A DNA stretch of 64,000 nt from the NCBI GenBank assembly GCA_032718475.1, contig JAUCBJ010006629.1, positions 71,242-135,241 of the forward strand, read 5' to 3'. The DNA comes from Nemertoderma westbladi. Its lineage: Eukaryota > Animalia > Xenacoelomorpha. The number at the start of each line of letters is the position of its first letter. Position 1 is the first letter of the stretch. This document shows positions 1 to 11,425 of the stretch, in pieces. Under the pieces are notes generated by a model. That model did not search any database, was not told the DNA's origin, and was given only the letters and a program-made list of their open reading frames with translations. A program made the translations under genes and the position numbers.

Positions 1-89
1 GGAGGATCTGTGGAGGGTGTGGGAGGCGAAGTGGGAAGTATGGGGGGATCTGTGGAGGGTGTAGGAGACGGAGTGGGAAGTACAGGAGG
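1..89. repeat. Right end of another copy of the 42-bp G-rich tandem array
   Basis: Same GGAGGATCTGTGGAGGGTGTGGGA... unit as 4430-11367, followed by the same flank as at 11426. Confidence 0.9.
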
Positions 90-835
90 CATTTTGCAGA
101 TAAAAAGTGAATTTTAAAATGAATAACTAGTAAAAAAACACAAGTTACCGTATAAAAATATATACTAAGGTTGAGAACATTCACCATTATAGTACCAATT
201 TAATTTGGTTCAGGACAATTCGGTCCCGGACAATTCGGTCCCATAACATAAAATAAATGGGACCGAATTGTCCGGGACCGAATTGTCCTGCTTCCATTTT
301 TACATGTAGTTATAAAGTTGGAAACAATTTATTTTAATAACAAATTTAAATACTTATAAAATTGTACTTTTATAGCTAATAGGAATAGAACAGTTGTTAA
401 CAATAAAACAGGGGTAATATTGAAGGGGAACTTTTACATAGCCCGATGTGTGAGGCGTTTTTTTTTTTTTAATTTTGCAGCATTTTTTCAATAAATTTTT
501 TAGAGATTTTAAATGGTAGCTGCTGTAGAACAATTATAATATTATGTTAAAATAAAATAAAACAAGTCGGCAATTGAATCAAATAATATAATATAATAAT
601 TTGATAATATTTTTTTAAATGTTCAAGAAAAATGTCAGCTATTTGTTATTGAAAAAATTATGTTCTAGAACAAATATTTAATAATAAATTTAGTTATAAA
701 TTAATAAATAATTTTTTTCCCGAGAAAAAAACAAGGCTTGTATTAAAATAAACCATAAACCTCTAAAATGCGAGAAATAAGTTGTCACAAGTAATTGAAC
801 TATTGAAAAGATTTTCAAAATTTCGTGCTGGCACC
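89..835. repeat. Copy 1 of a locally duplicated AT-rich segment
   Basis: Near-identical to 11426-11668 plus 12713-13190 (GCATTTTGCxGATAAAAAGTGAA... through ...GAGAAATAAGTTGTCACAAG). Confidence 0.9.
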
Positions 836-1082
836 AAATTTTGCACACAGCACCGAAAAATACCATTTAGATACGCCTGGTGCAACTCGTATACAGTATA
901 TTCTATCGAAACCAGAAACACAAAAAACCCCTATTGCGTAAAAAACAAAATTGCAACAAAAAAGCAAAATTGGTAACAGTTGGCAAATTAGCGTGTTTCA
1001 GTACTATAGTCAGTGAAGTGAGTGTGAGAGATTAATTATACATTCCTAAAGAATGTAAAGATTGTGACGTTCCATAGTAATT

Positions 1083-1452
1083 TTTATTTTTTATTTATTA
1101 ATTTTTTTTGTTTGTACTAAATCTAAAACTAAAACTAAAAGATTAAAATTGTACATAAAATTAAACATATAGCTGCACCAATCCAACATCCCACCACCAA
1201 TCAGAACAATACAATTAAGACAAACCAATTAAACATACAGTTAAAAATGGTGCACCGTGGATTAATACCGGTCTGCGAGGTCATTCCCCCGCAGACCCGC
1301 ACCATCTCCAAAGCCCAGCGCCCTCCAGGGACGCCGGCCACCACGCAGACAGAGGGAGTTAGAGCGGAGAAGCGCGAACTGAAGCCGCCTCCGAACTCCC
1401 CCGAGAACGCAGGCTAGGCCACGTCCCCGCATCCCCTGCCGCCGAGCCACTG
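1083..1452 (-). mobile_element. 5'-truncated CRE-like (RLE-endonuclease) non-LTR retrotransposon 3' end
   Basis: Encodes VRRRLQFALLRSNSLCLRGGRRPWRALGFGDGAGL*, resembling the CRE-clade C-terminus. A-rich tail on the minus strand; imperfect TSD CATAGTAATT (1073-1082) / CATTGTAATT (1453-1462); paralog at 19271. Confidence 0.7.
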
Positions 1453-4028
1453 CATTGTAATTAGTATAAGTCATAAATAACTCTGTCTGATATTTAAAGC
1501 GCGCCATCTAAAGGAGCTGTTGGTATTTCCCTGGAAATAAACATAGTTTTTGTAGATTATATAGTAGAGATCAATCGAATAATACAAAGTAGCCTACTCC
1601 TCACTCTGGCCATAGACTTCAGTCTCCCAAACACAGTGGGTCATACGCCGCGCTAGACTGGCTTCTGCTGTGTTCATATTTTGTACGGGCTGTCAGACAT
1701 TATAAGACACGTAAATTAACAGGTAGGTTAAACTGTTGCATTAGCATTGTGCTTGCATTTCCTTTAGGAAATGCGTTTCTAGTATAAACGGAGTTTTAGA
1801 GAATAAAATAAGATATTATCATTATTATTTGTTCCAACGGCCCCTCTAAGGACTGATTCAGATCAACTATTACAACCATGGGAACATTCAAAAATAAGAG
1901 AGTTGCCAGATTTCAACATCCGATTCAACATGTAGTAAGTATTATGTACCAACATGGTGTCGGTATAAATCAGTCACACCCCCCCCCCCCCCCCCCCCCC
2001 CCCTCCCAACCTCTAACCTTTATAATAATTATTATATCCTGCGTTGTGATGGAACCCAATTATCATGACCATTCTACATTATTATCTTGGCAACATCCTA
2101 TTGACTATTATTATTGTACTTCAGCCCCTATGACATCTCTAATACATTGGATCGCCGTAGCTGGATTATACAAATAATCTATTTTTTGGCATCTCCCATC
2201 GTTTCACAGATACCAAACGTGATTTGAATACATTGTGTATACTGTAGCTAGGTAGGCAAAGTAAACATTCTAATATAGCCAACAATTATTACTGATGCTA
2301 CCTTATTGAATATAATATAGAGTGAAACGCCCCTTAATACAGAGTTTATTACTTATTGTCAATTCAGTTTTGCATTCTAATTATTAATTTAATTAATTAT
2401 TTAATTAACAACAACCATACTATAACGCAACCAATATAACAGCTCAACAAACTAGAACAAAAAGGTTAGTAGTTTCCAGAATCAACACAAATCTGTGATA
2501 TAGTTTATAATAATCATTATTAAATTACATTCATTAATGTTTATTGATCAGTTTTGTGCAAGTTGTCCACCCACCACCACTCATCTGCAAACTGAGACAC
2601 CTGGAAGAACTACGACTACACTAACCAGTATACATTCACGGATACATTCCTCAGTTCTAGGAGGTAAATGGAAAAAGTTCATAGACTGTCTGCAAGTTTG
2701 GGTGTGAATTACATACTACTGACTAACTGGTTCCTCAAGTCTGATGTTTTATATGTTGCAAAATAGTTTGCAAAATATGCTGGTTTGTTCAGTGACTGGT
2801 GAGGTGTGGAACAGGAAGACTCCTCTCTCTTGGCTGTTAAGTATACAGCAGGCTGGGAACACACTAACTCCCAAGGCTGAACACTACATTACATATCTAT
2901 CCAACCTTATCTTTAATCCCAATAGATCTACCTCATACACATTTGTACACTAAACCTACCATCGTTTTTGCATTCCTTCAGTAGAAATAAAATCAATTTG
3001 TAATATTATTATATTATATTTAGATTGTTCAACGATACACAAGATCGGATACAAAGTGTTTATAAACATTCCTCCCCCAGTTACCAACGTTCCGTGTTGT
3101 TCCATCTAATAACCTTCTGTTCCAGAACTTAACAACTGTAAATCAACCCAATGTAAGTTGTAATTTTGTTTTATATTTTATAATGTTACTTGTATTTTAG
3201 ATGTGCGAGGTAATAGATTTAATTCAAAAATTGTAACATTACTCAACACCGTTAGTAACAGCGAGTTGTTATTTAGCACTTTACAACTTTAGAGGCCATT
3301 ACAGCAATGTATTGGCCTGTACATTTATTATTGCATTTGGTGTTATTGTTTACGTGGTATCCCATGACGGCGTTAAGTAATGCCCACTAAGGGGGCATTA
3401 CCTACCGGTAGGCGGGGTATAGCTATTAATAACCAGTAGGGCCTAGCTATATTATTATAACATGGCTCCAAACGCCACCATAAATATAAGCTAAATTATT
3501 TATAACATAATTTATGTCAATTTTACAATTATTTATACAGCAACTAATATAATTTGTGCAGTTTCTATCACTTATAATATATATACAATCATTTCGTAAT
3601 GTTAAAATTTTGGAATAGAATTACATACATACTTGTTGCAAAGTACTTTACAGTGTTCTGATCCTCGTGGCTTTATTTTCACTCACTCACTAACGTTCGT
3701 TCGTGTAACAAAGCCACTCGGATCATCACACTGTAAAGTGCTACTTTAGACACAAGTATGTAAATAGTTTAATAAAATAATTAAAGCAATATTAATTAAG
3801 GTGATCGGTGTTGGTATACTGCAGGTATACCATAAATTAAACTGGAAAATCATATCTGAAACTATCTGAACCCAAACACTAAATAAATATGGGACCGAAT
3901 TTGTTTTAGGACCGAATTGTCCGGGACCGAATTGGCCGGGACCAAATTGTCCAGTTCCTGATAGAAACATAATTCGATGCAAAAATAAAATACTATGAAA
4001 ATTGAATAACAAATACTGTTAGCTACTT

Positions 4029-4215
4029 TAGGGTGCGTTCAGAAAGTATGTCACGCACAGGGGGGTCGAGCTTGCGTGACATTTTGTGACAAGGGGGAGG
4101 GGGGGGGGGGTCGAGCTGCGTGACATTATGTGAAAGGGGGGGGGGGGGGTCGAGCTTGCGTGACATTTTGTGACAGGGGGGGGGGGGGGGGTGTTGACTT
4201 TTGTGACGGTCACGG
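4029..4215. repeat. MITE-like end with ~50-bp G-tract tandem subrepeats
   Basis: Three copies of GGGG..GTCGAGC(T)TGCGTGACATT(T/A)TGTGA after TAGGGTGCGTTCAGAAAGTATGTCACGC. Confidence 0.4.
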
Positions 4216-4429
4216 CGATGTTCTACGGTATGCTTTAATGTTAGCTTGACTTTGACTAACACATTTGTAGATGAGTGGGAAACTTTAAGGAAAAAACAAT
4301 AAACTCAATAACATTGAATTTAATCCCTAACATTAACAGGCCACCCCTGTCTAGTCTGCCTTGTACATGTACAGGACTGTACATTGAAGCTGCTAAAGTA
4401 TGTATAGGCTTTTAGTAAGAACTACTTCA

Positions 4430-7400
4430 GTACAGGAGGATCTGTGGACGGTGTGGGAGACGGAGTGGGAAGTACAGGAGGATCTGTGGAGAGTGTGGGA
4501 GGCGGAGTGGAAAGTACAGGAGGATCTGTGGACGGTGTGGGAGGCGGAGTGGGAAGTACAGGAGGATCTTTGGAGGGTGTGGGAGGCGGAGTCGGAAGTA
4601 CAGGAGGATCTTTGGAGGGTGTGGGAGGCGGAGACGGAAGTACATGAGGATCTGTGGATGGTGTAGGAGACGGAGTGGGAGGTATGGGGGGATCTGTGGA
4701 GGGTGTAGGAGACGGAGTGGGAAGTACAGGAGGATCTTTGAAGGGTGTGGGAGGCGGAGTCGGAAGTACATGAGGATCTGTGGATGGTGTAGGAGACGGA
4801 GTGGGAGGTATGGGGGGATCTGTGGAGGGTGTAGGAGACGGAGTGGGAAGTACAGGAGGATCTTTGGAGGGTGTGGGAGGCGGAGTCGGAAGTACATGAG
4901 GATCTGTGGATGGTGTAGGAGACGGAGTGGGAGGTATGGGGGGATCTGTGGAGGGTGTAGGAGACGGAGTGGGAAGTACAGGAGGATCTGTGGAGGGTGT
5001 GGAAGGCGGAGTGGGAAGTACAGGAGGATCTTTGGAGGGTGTGGGAGACGGAGTGAAAAGTACAGGAGGATCTGTGGACGGTGTTTTTTTTTTGTTGACA
5101 AGCCGGCACAGCATTCTTAAAAATGCAGCTGCAATGCAGCATGCCGATCCTAGTAGTAGTGGACGGTGTGGGAGACGGAGTGGGAAGTACAGGAAGATCT
5201 GTGGACGGTGTGGGAGACGGAGTGGGAAGTACAGGAGGATCTTTGGAGGGTGTGGGAGACGGAGTGGGAGCTATGGGGGGATCTGTGGAGGGTGTGGGCG
5301 ACGGAGTGGGAAGTACAGGAGGATCTTTGGAGGGTGTGGGAGGCGGAGTCGGAAGTATGGGGGATCTGTGGATGGTGTAGGAGACGGAGTGGGAGGTATG
5401 GGGGGATCTGTGGAGGGTGTAGTAGACGGAGTGGGAAGTACAGGAGGAGCTTTGGAGGGTGTGGGAGACGGAGTGGAAAGTACAGGAGGATCTGTGTACG
5501 GTGTGGGAGACGGAGTGGGGAGTACAGGAGGATCTTTGGAGGGTGTGGGAGACGGAGTGGGAGGTATGGGGGGATCTGTGGAGGGTGTGGGAGACGGAGT
5601 GGGAAGTACAGGAGGATCTTTGGAGGGTGTGGGAGGCGGAGTCGGAAGTATGGGGGGATCTGTGGATGGTGTAGGAGACGGAGTGGGAGGTATGGGGGGA
5701 TCTGTGGAGGGTGTGGGAGGCGAAGTGGGAAGTATGGGGGGATCTGTGGACGGTGTGGGAGACGGAGTGGGAAGTACGGAGGTCTTGGAGGGTGTGGGAG
5801 CGGGTGGGAAGTACAGGAGGATCTTGGAGGTGTGGGACGGGTGGGAGTATGGGGGGATCTGTGGACGGTGTGGGAGACGGAGTGGGAAGTACAGGAGGAT
5901 CTTTGGAGGGTGTGGGAGGCGGTGTCGGAAGTATGGGGGGATCTGTGGATGGTGTAGGAGACGGAGTGGGAGGTATGGGGGGATCTGTGGAGTGGTGTAG
6001 GAGACGGAGTGGGAAATACAGGAGGATCTTTGGGGGGTGTGGGAGGCGGAGTCGGAAATATGGGGGGATCTGTGGATGGTGTAGGAGACGGAGTGGGAGG
6101 TATGGGGGGACCTGTGGACGGTGTGGGAGACGGAGTGGGAAGTACAGGAGGATCTTTGGAGGGTGTGGGAGGCGGTGTGGGAAGTATGGGGGGATCTGTG
6201 GATGGTGTAGGAGACGGAGTGGGAGGTATGGGGGGATCTGTGGATGGTGTAGGAGACGGAGTGGGAAATACAGGAGGATCTTTGGAGGGTGTAGGAGACG
6301 GAGTGGGAAGTACAGGAGGGTCTGTGGATGGTGTAGGAGACGGAGTGGGAGGTATGGCGGGATCTGTGGACGGCGTGGGAGACGGAGTGGGAAGTACAGG
6401 AGGATCTTTGGAGGGTGTGGGAGGCGGTGCGGGAAGTATGGGGGGATCTGTGGATGGTGTGGGAGACGGAGTGGGAGGTATGGGGGGATCTGTGGAGGGT
6501 GTGGGAGGCGAAGTGGGAAGTATGGGGGGATCTGTGGACGGTGTGGGAGACAGAGTGGGAAATACAGGAGGATCTTTGGAGGGTGTGGAAGGCGGTGTGG
6601 GAAGTATGGGGGGATCTGTGGATGGTGTAGAAGACGGAGTGGGAGGTATGGGGGGATCTGTGGAGTGTGTAGGAGACGGAGTGGGAAATACAGGAGGATC
6701 TTTGGGGGGTGTGGGAGGCGGAGTCGGAAATATGGGGGGATCTGTGGATGGTGTAGGAGACGGAGTGGGAGGTATGGGGGGACCTGTGGACGGTGTGGGA
6801 GACGGAGTGGGAAGTACAGGAGGATCTTTGGAGGGTGTGGGAGGCGGTGTGGGAAGTATGGGGGGATCTGTGGATGGTGTAGGAGACGGAGTGGGAGGTA
6901 TGGGGGGATCTGTGGATGGTGTAGGAGACGGAGTGGGAAATACAGGAGGATCTTTGGAGGGTGTGGGAGGCGGAGTCGGAAGTACATGGAGGGATCTGTG
7001 GATGGTGTAGGAGACGGAGTGGGAGGTATGGGGGGATCTGTGGACGGTGTGGGAGACGGAGTGGGAAGTACAGGAGGATCTTTGGAGGGTGTGGGAGGCG
7101 GTGTGGGAAGTATGGGGGATCTGTGGATGGTGTAGGAGACGGAGTGGGAGGTATGGGGGGATCTGTGGATGGTGTAGGAGACGGAGTGGGAAATACAGGA
7201 GGATCTTTGGAGGGTGTAGGAGACGGAGTGGGAAGTACAGGAGGGTCTGTGGATAGTGTAGGAGACGGAGTGGGAAGTACAGGAGGGTCTGTGGATGGTG
7301 TAGTAGACGGAGTGGGAAGTACAGGAGGAGCTTTGGAGGGTGTGGGAGACGGAGTGGAAAGTACAGGAGGATCTGTGTACGGTGTGGGAGACGGAGTGGG

Positions 7401-10400
7401 GAGTGCAGGAGGATCTTTGGAGGGTGTGGGAGAAGGAGTGGGAGGTATGGGGGGATCTGTGGAGGGTGTGGGAGACGGAGTGGGAATGACAGGAGGATCT
7501 TTGGATGGTGTAGAAGACGGAGTGGGAGGTATGGGGGGATCTGTGGAGTGTGTAGGAGACGGAGTGGGAAATACAGGAGGATCTTTGGGGGGTGTGGGAG
7601 GCGGAGTCGGAAATATGGGGGATCTGTGGATGGTGTAGGAGACGGAGTGGGAGGTATGGGGGGACCTGTGGACGGTGTGGGAGACGGAGTGGGAAGTACA
7701 GTAGGATCTTTGGAGGGTGTGGGAGGCGGTGTGGGAAGTATGGGGGGATCTGTGGATGGTGTAGGAGACGGAGTGGGAAATACAGGAGGATCTTTGGAGG
7801 GTGTAGGAGACGGAGTGGGAAGTACAGGAGGGTCTGTGGATGGTGTAGGAGACGGAGTGGGAGGTATGGCGGGATCTGTGGACGGCGTGGGAGACGGAGT
7901 GGGAAGTACAGGAGGATCTTTGGAGGGTGTGGGAGGCGGTGCGGGAAGTATGGGGGGATCTGTGGATGGTGTGGGAGACGGAGTGGGAGGTATGGGGGGA
8001 TCTGTGGAAGGTGTGGGAGACGGAGTGGGAAGTACAGGAGGATCTTTGGAGGGTATGGGAGGTGGAGTCGGAAGTATGGGGGGATCTGTGGATGGTGTAG
8101 GAGACGGAGTGGGAGTATGGGGGGAAGTGTGGAGGGTGTGGGAGGCGAAGTGGGAAGTATGGGGGGATCTGTGGACGGTGTGGGAGACGGAGTGGGAAGT
8201 ACAGGAGGATCTTTGGAGGGTGTGGGAGGCGGTGTGGGAAGTATGGGGGGATCTGTGGATGGTGTAGAAGACGGAGTGGGAGGTATGGGGGGATCTGTGG
8301 ATGGTGTAGGAGACGGAGTGGGAAATACAGGAGGATCTTTGGGGGGTGTGGGAGGCGGAGTCGGAAATATGGGGGGATCTGTGGATGGTGTAGGAGACGG
8401 AGTGGGAGGTATGGGGGGATCTGTGGACGGCGTGGGAGACGGAGTGGGAAGTACAGGAGGATCTTTGGAGGGTGTGGGAGGCGGTGCGGGAAGTATGGGG
8501 GGATCTGTGGATGGTGTGGGAGACGGAGTGGGAGGTATGGGGGGATCTGTGGAAGGTGTGGGAGATGGAGTGGGAAGTACAGGAGGATCTTTGGAGGGTA
8601 TGGGAGGCGGAGTCGGAAGTATGGGGGGATCTGTGGATGGTGTAGGAGACGGAGTGGGAGGTATGGGGGGATCTGTGGAAGGTGTGGGAGGCGGTGTGGG
8701 AAGTATGGGGGGATCTGTGGAGTGTGTAGGAGACGGAGTGGGAAATACAGGAGGATCTTTGGGGGGTGTGGGAGGCGGAGTCGGAAATATGGGGGGATCT
8801 GTGGATGGTGTAGGAGACGGAGTGGGAGGTATGGGGGGACCTGTGGACGGTGTGGGAGACGGAGTGGGAAGTACAGGAGGATCTTTGGAGGGTGTGGGAG
8901 GCGGTGTGGGAAGTATGGGGGGATCTGTGGATGGTGTAGGAGACGGAGTGGGAGGTATGGGGGGATCTGTGGATGGTGTAGGAGACGGAGTGGGAAATAC
9001 AGGAGGATCTTTGGAGGGTGTAGGAGACGGAGTGGGAAGTACAGGAGGGTCTGTGAATGGTGTAGGAGACGGAGTGGGAGGTATGGCGGGATCTGTGGAC
9101 GGCGTGGGAGACGGAGTGGGAAGTACAGGAGGATCTTTGGAGGGTGTGGGAGGCGGTGCGGGAAGTATGGGGGGATCTGTGGATGGTGTGGGAGACGGAG
9201 TGGGAGGTATGGGGGGATCTGTGGAAGGTGTGGGAGACGGAGTGGGAAGTACAGGAGGATCTTTGGAGGGTATGGGAGGCGGAGTCGGAAGTATGGGGGG
9301 ATCTGTGGATGGTGTAGGAGACGGAGTGGGAGGTATGGGGGGATCTGTGGAGGGTGTGGGAGGCGAAGTGGGAAGTATGGGGGGATCTGTGGACGGTGTG
9401 GGAGACGGGGTGGGAAGTACAGGAGGATCTTTGGAGGGTGTGGGAGGCGGTGTGGGAAGTATGGGGGGATCTGTGGATGGTGTAGGAGACGGAGTGGGAG
9501 GTATGGGGGGATCTGTGGATGGTGTAGGAGACGGAGTGGGAAATACAGGAGGATCTTTGGGGGGTGTGGGAGGCGGAGTCGGAAATATGGGGGGATCTGT
9601 GGATGGTGTAGGAGACGGAGTGGGAGGTATGGGGGGACCTGTGGACGGTGTGGGAGACGGAGTGGCAAGTACAGGAGGATCTTTGGAGGGTGTGGGAGGC
9701 GGTGTGGGACGTATGGGGGGATCTGTGGATGGTGTAGGAGACGGAGTGGGAAGTACAGGAGGATCTTTGGAGGGTGTGGGAGGCGGAGTCGGAAGTATGG
9801 GTGGATCTGTGGATGGTGTAGGAGACGGAGTGGGAGGTATGGGGGGGTCTGTGGAGTGTGTAGGAGACGGAGTGGGAAATACAGGAGGATCTTTGGGGGG
9901 TGTGGGAGGCGGAGTCGGAAATATGGGGGGATCTGTGGATGGTGTAGGAGACGGAGTGGGAGGTATGGGGGGACCTGTGGACGGTGTGGGAGACGGAGTG
10001 GGAAGTACAGGAGGATCTTTGGAGGGTGTGGGAGGCGGTGTGGGAAGTATGGGGGATCTGTGGATGGTGTAGGAGACGGAGTGGGAGGTATGGGGGGATC
10101 TGTGGATGGTGTAGGAGACGGAGTGGGAAATACAGGAGGATCTTTGGAGGGTGTAGGAGACGGAGTGGGAAGTACAGGAGGGTCTGTGGATGGTGTAGGA
10201 GACGGAGTGGGAGGTATGGCGGGATCTGTGGACGGCGTGGGAGACGGAGTGGGAAGTACAGGAGGATCTTTGGAGGGTGTGGGAGGCGGTGCGGGAAGTA
10301 TGGGGGGATCTGTGGATGGTGTGGGAGACGGAGTGGGAGGTATGGGGGGATCTGTGGAGGGTGTAGGAGATGGAGTGGGAGGTATGGGGGGATCTGTGGA

Positions 10401-11367
10401 GGGTGTGGGAGGCGAAGTGGGAAGTATGGGGGGATCTGTGGACGGTGTGGGAGACGGAGTGGGAAATACAGGAGGATCTTTGGAGGGTGTGGAAGGCGGT
10501 GTAGGAAGTATGGGGGGATCTGTGGATGGTGTCGAAGACGGAGTGGGAGGTATGGGGGGATCTGTGGAGTGTGTAGGAGACGGAGTGGGAAATACAGGAG
10601 GATCTTTGGGGGGTGTGGGAGGCGGAGTCGGAAATATGGGGGGATCTGTGGATGGTGTAGGAGACGGAGTGGGAGGTATGGGGGGACCTGTGGACGGTGT
10701 GGGAGACGGAGTGGGAAGTACAGGAGGATCTTTGGAGGGTGTGGGAGGCGGTGTGGGAAGTATGGGGGGATCTGTGGATGGTGTAGGAGACGGAGTGGGA
10801 GGTATGGGGGGATCTGTGGATGGTGTAGGAGACGGAGTGGGAGGTATGGGGGGGTCTGTGGAGTGTGTAGGAGACGGAGTGGGAAATACAGGAGGATCTT
10901 TGGGGGGTGTGGGAGGCGGAGTCGGAAATATGGGGGGATCTGTGGATGGTGTAGGAGACGGAGTGGGAGGTATGGGGGGACCTGTGGACGGTGTGGGAGA
11001 CGGAGTGGGAAGTACAGGAGGATCTTTGGAGGGTGTGGGAGGCGGTGTGGGAAGTATGGGGGGATCTGTGGATGGTGTAGGAGACGGAGTGGGAGGTATG
11101 GGGGGATCTGTGGATGGTGTAGGAGACGGAGTGGGAAATACAGGAGGATCTTTGGAGGGTGTAGGAGACGGAGTGGGAAGTACAGGAGGGTCTGTGGATG
11201 GTGTAGGAGACGGAGTGGGAGGTATGGCGGGATCTGTGGACGGCGTGGGAGACGGAGTGGGAAGTACAGGAGGATCTTTGGAGGGTGTGGGAGGCGGTGC
11301 GGGAAGTATGGGGGATCTGTGGATGGTGTGGGAGACGGAGTGGGAGGTATGGGGGGATCTGTGGAAG
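4430..11367 (-). repeat. 42-bp tandem array (~160 units), mucin-like [12 protein letters not shown](V/I)L reading on the minus strand
   Basis: Period 42 (TCTGTGGA at 4441, 4483, 4525). Nearly stop-free on the minus strand; frame switches occur mostly at G homopolymers. Confidence 0.95.
5085..5158. mobile_element. Tiny dispersed insert inside the 42-bp array
   Basis: T-run plus AAGCCGGCACAGCATTCTTAAAAATGCAGCTGCAATGCAGCATGCCGATCCTAGTAGT, flanked by duplicated GTGGACGGTGT. The core is identical at 15689-15746. Confidence 0.75.
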
Positions 11368-11425
11368 GGGTGTATCCGCATCCGGGTTTGTCCGCATATG
11401 CGGACAAAAAAGTATTTTATGTCCG

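Noticed and set aside
212-290. GGACCGAATTGTCC inverted repeat clusters (also 3891-3952, 11549-11610) as operators
   Set aside because: Typical subterminal repeats of small non-autonomous DNA transposon relics; no linked gene.
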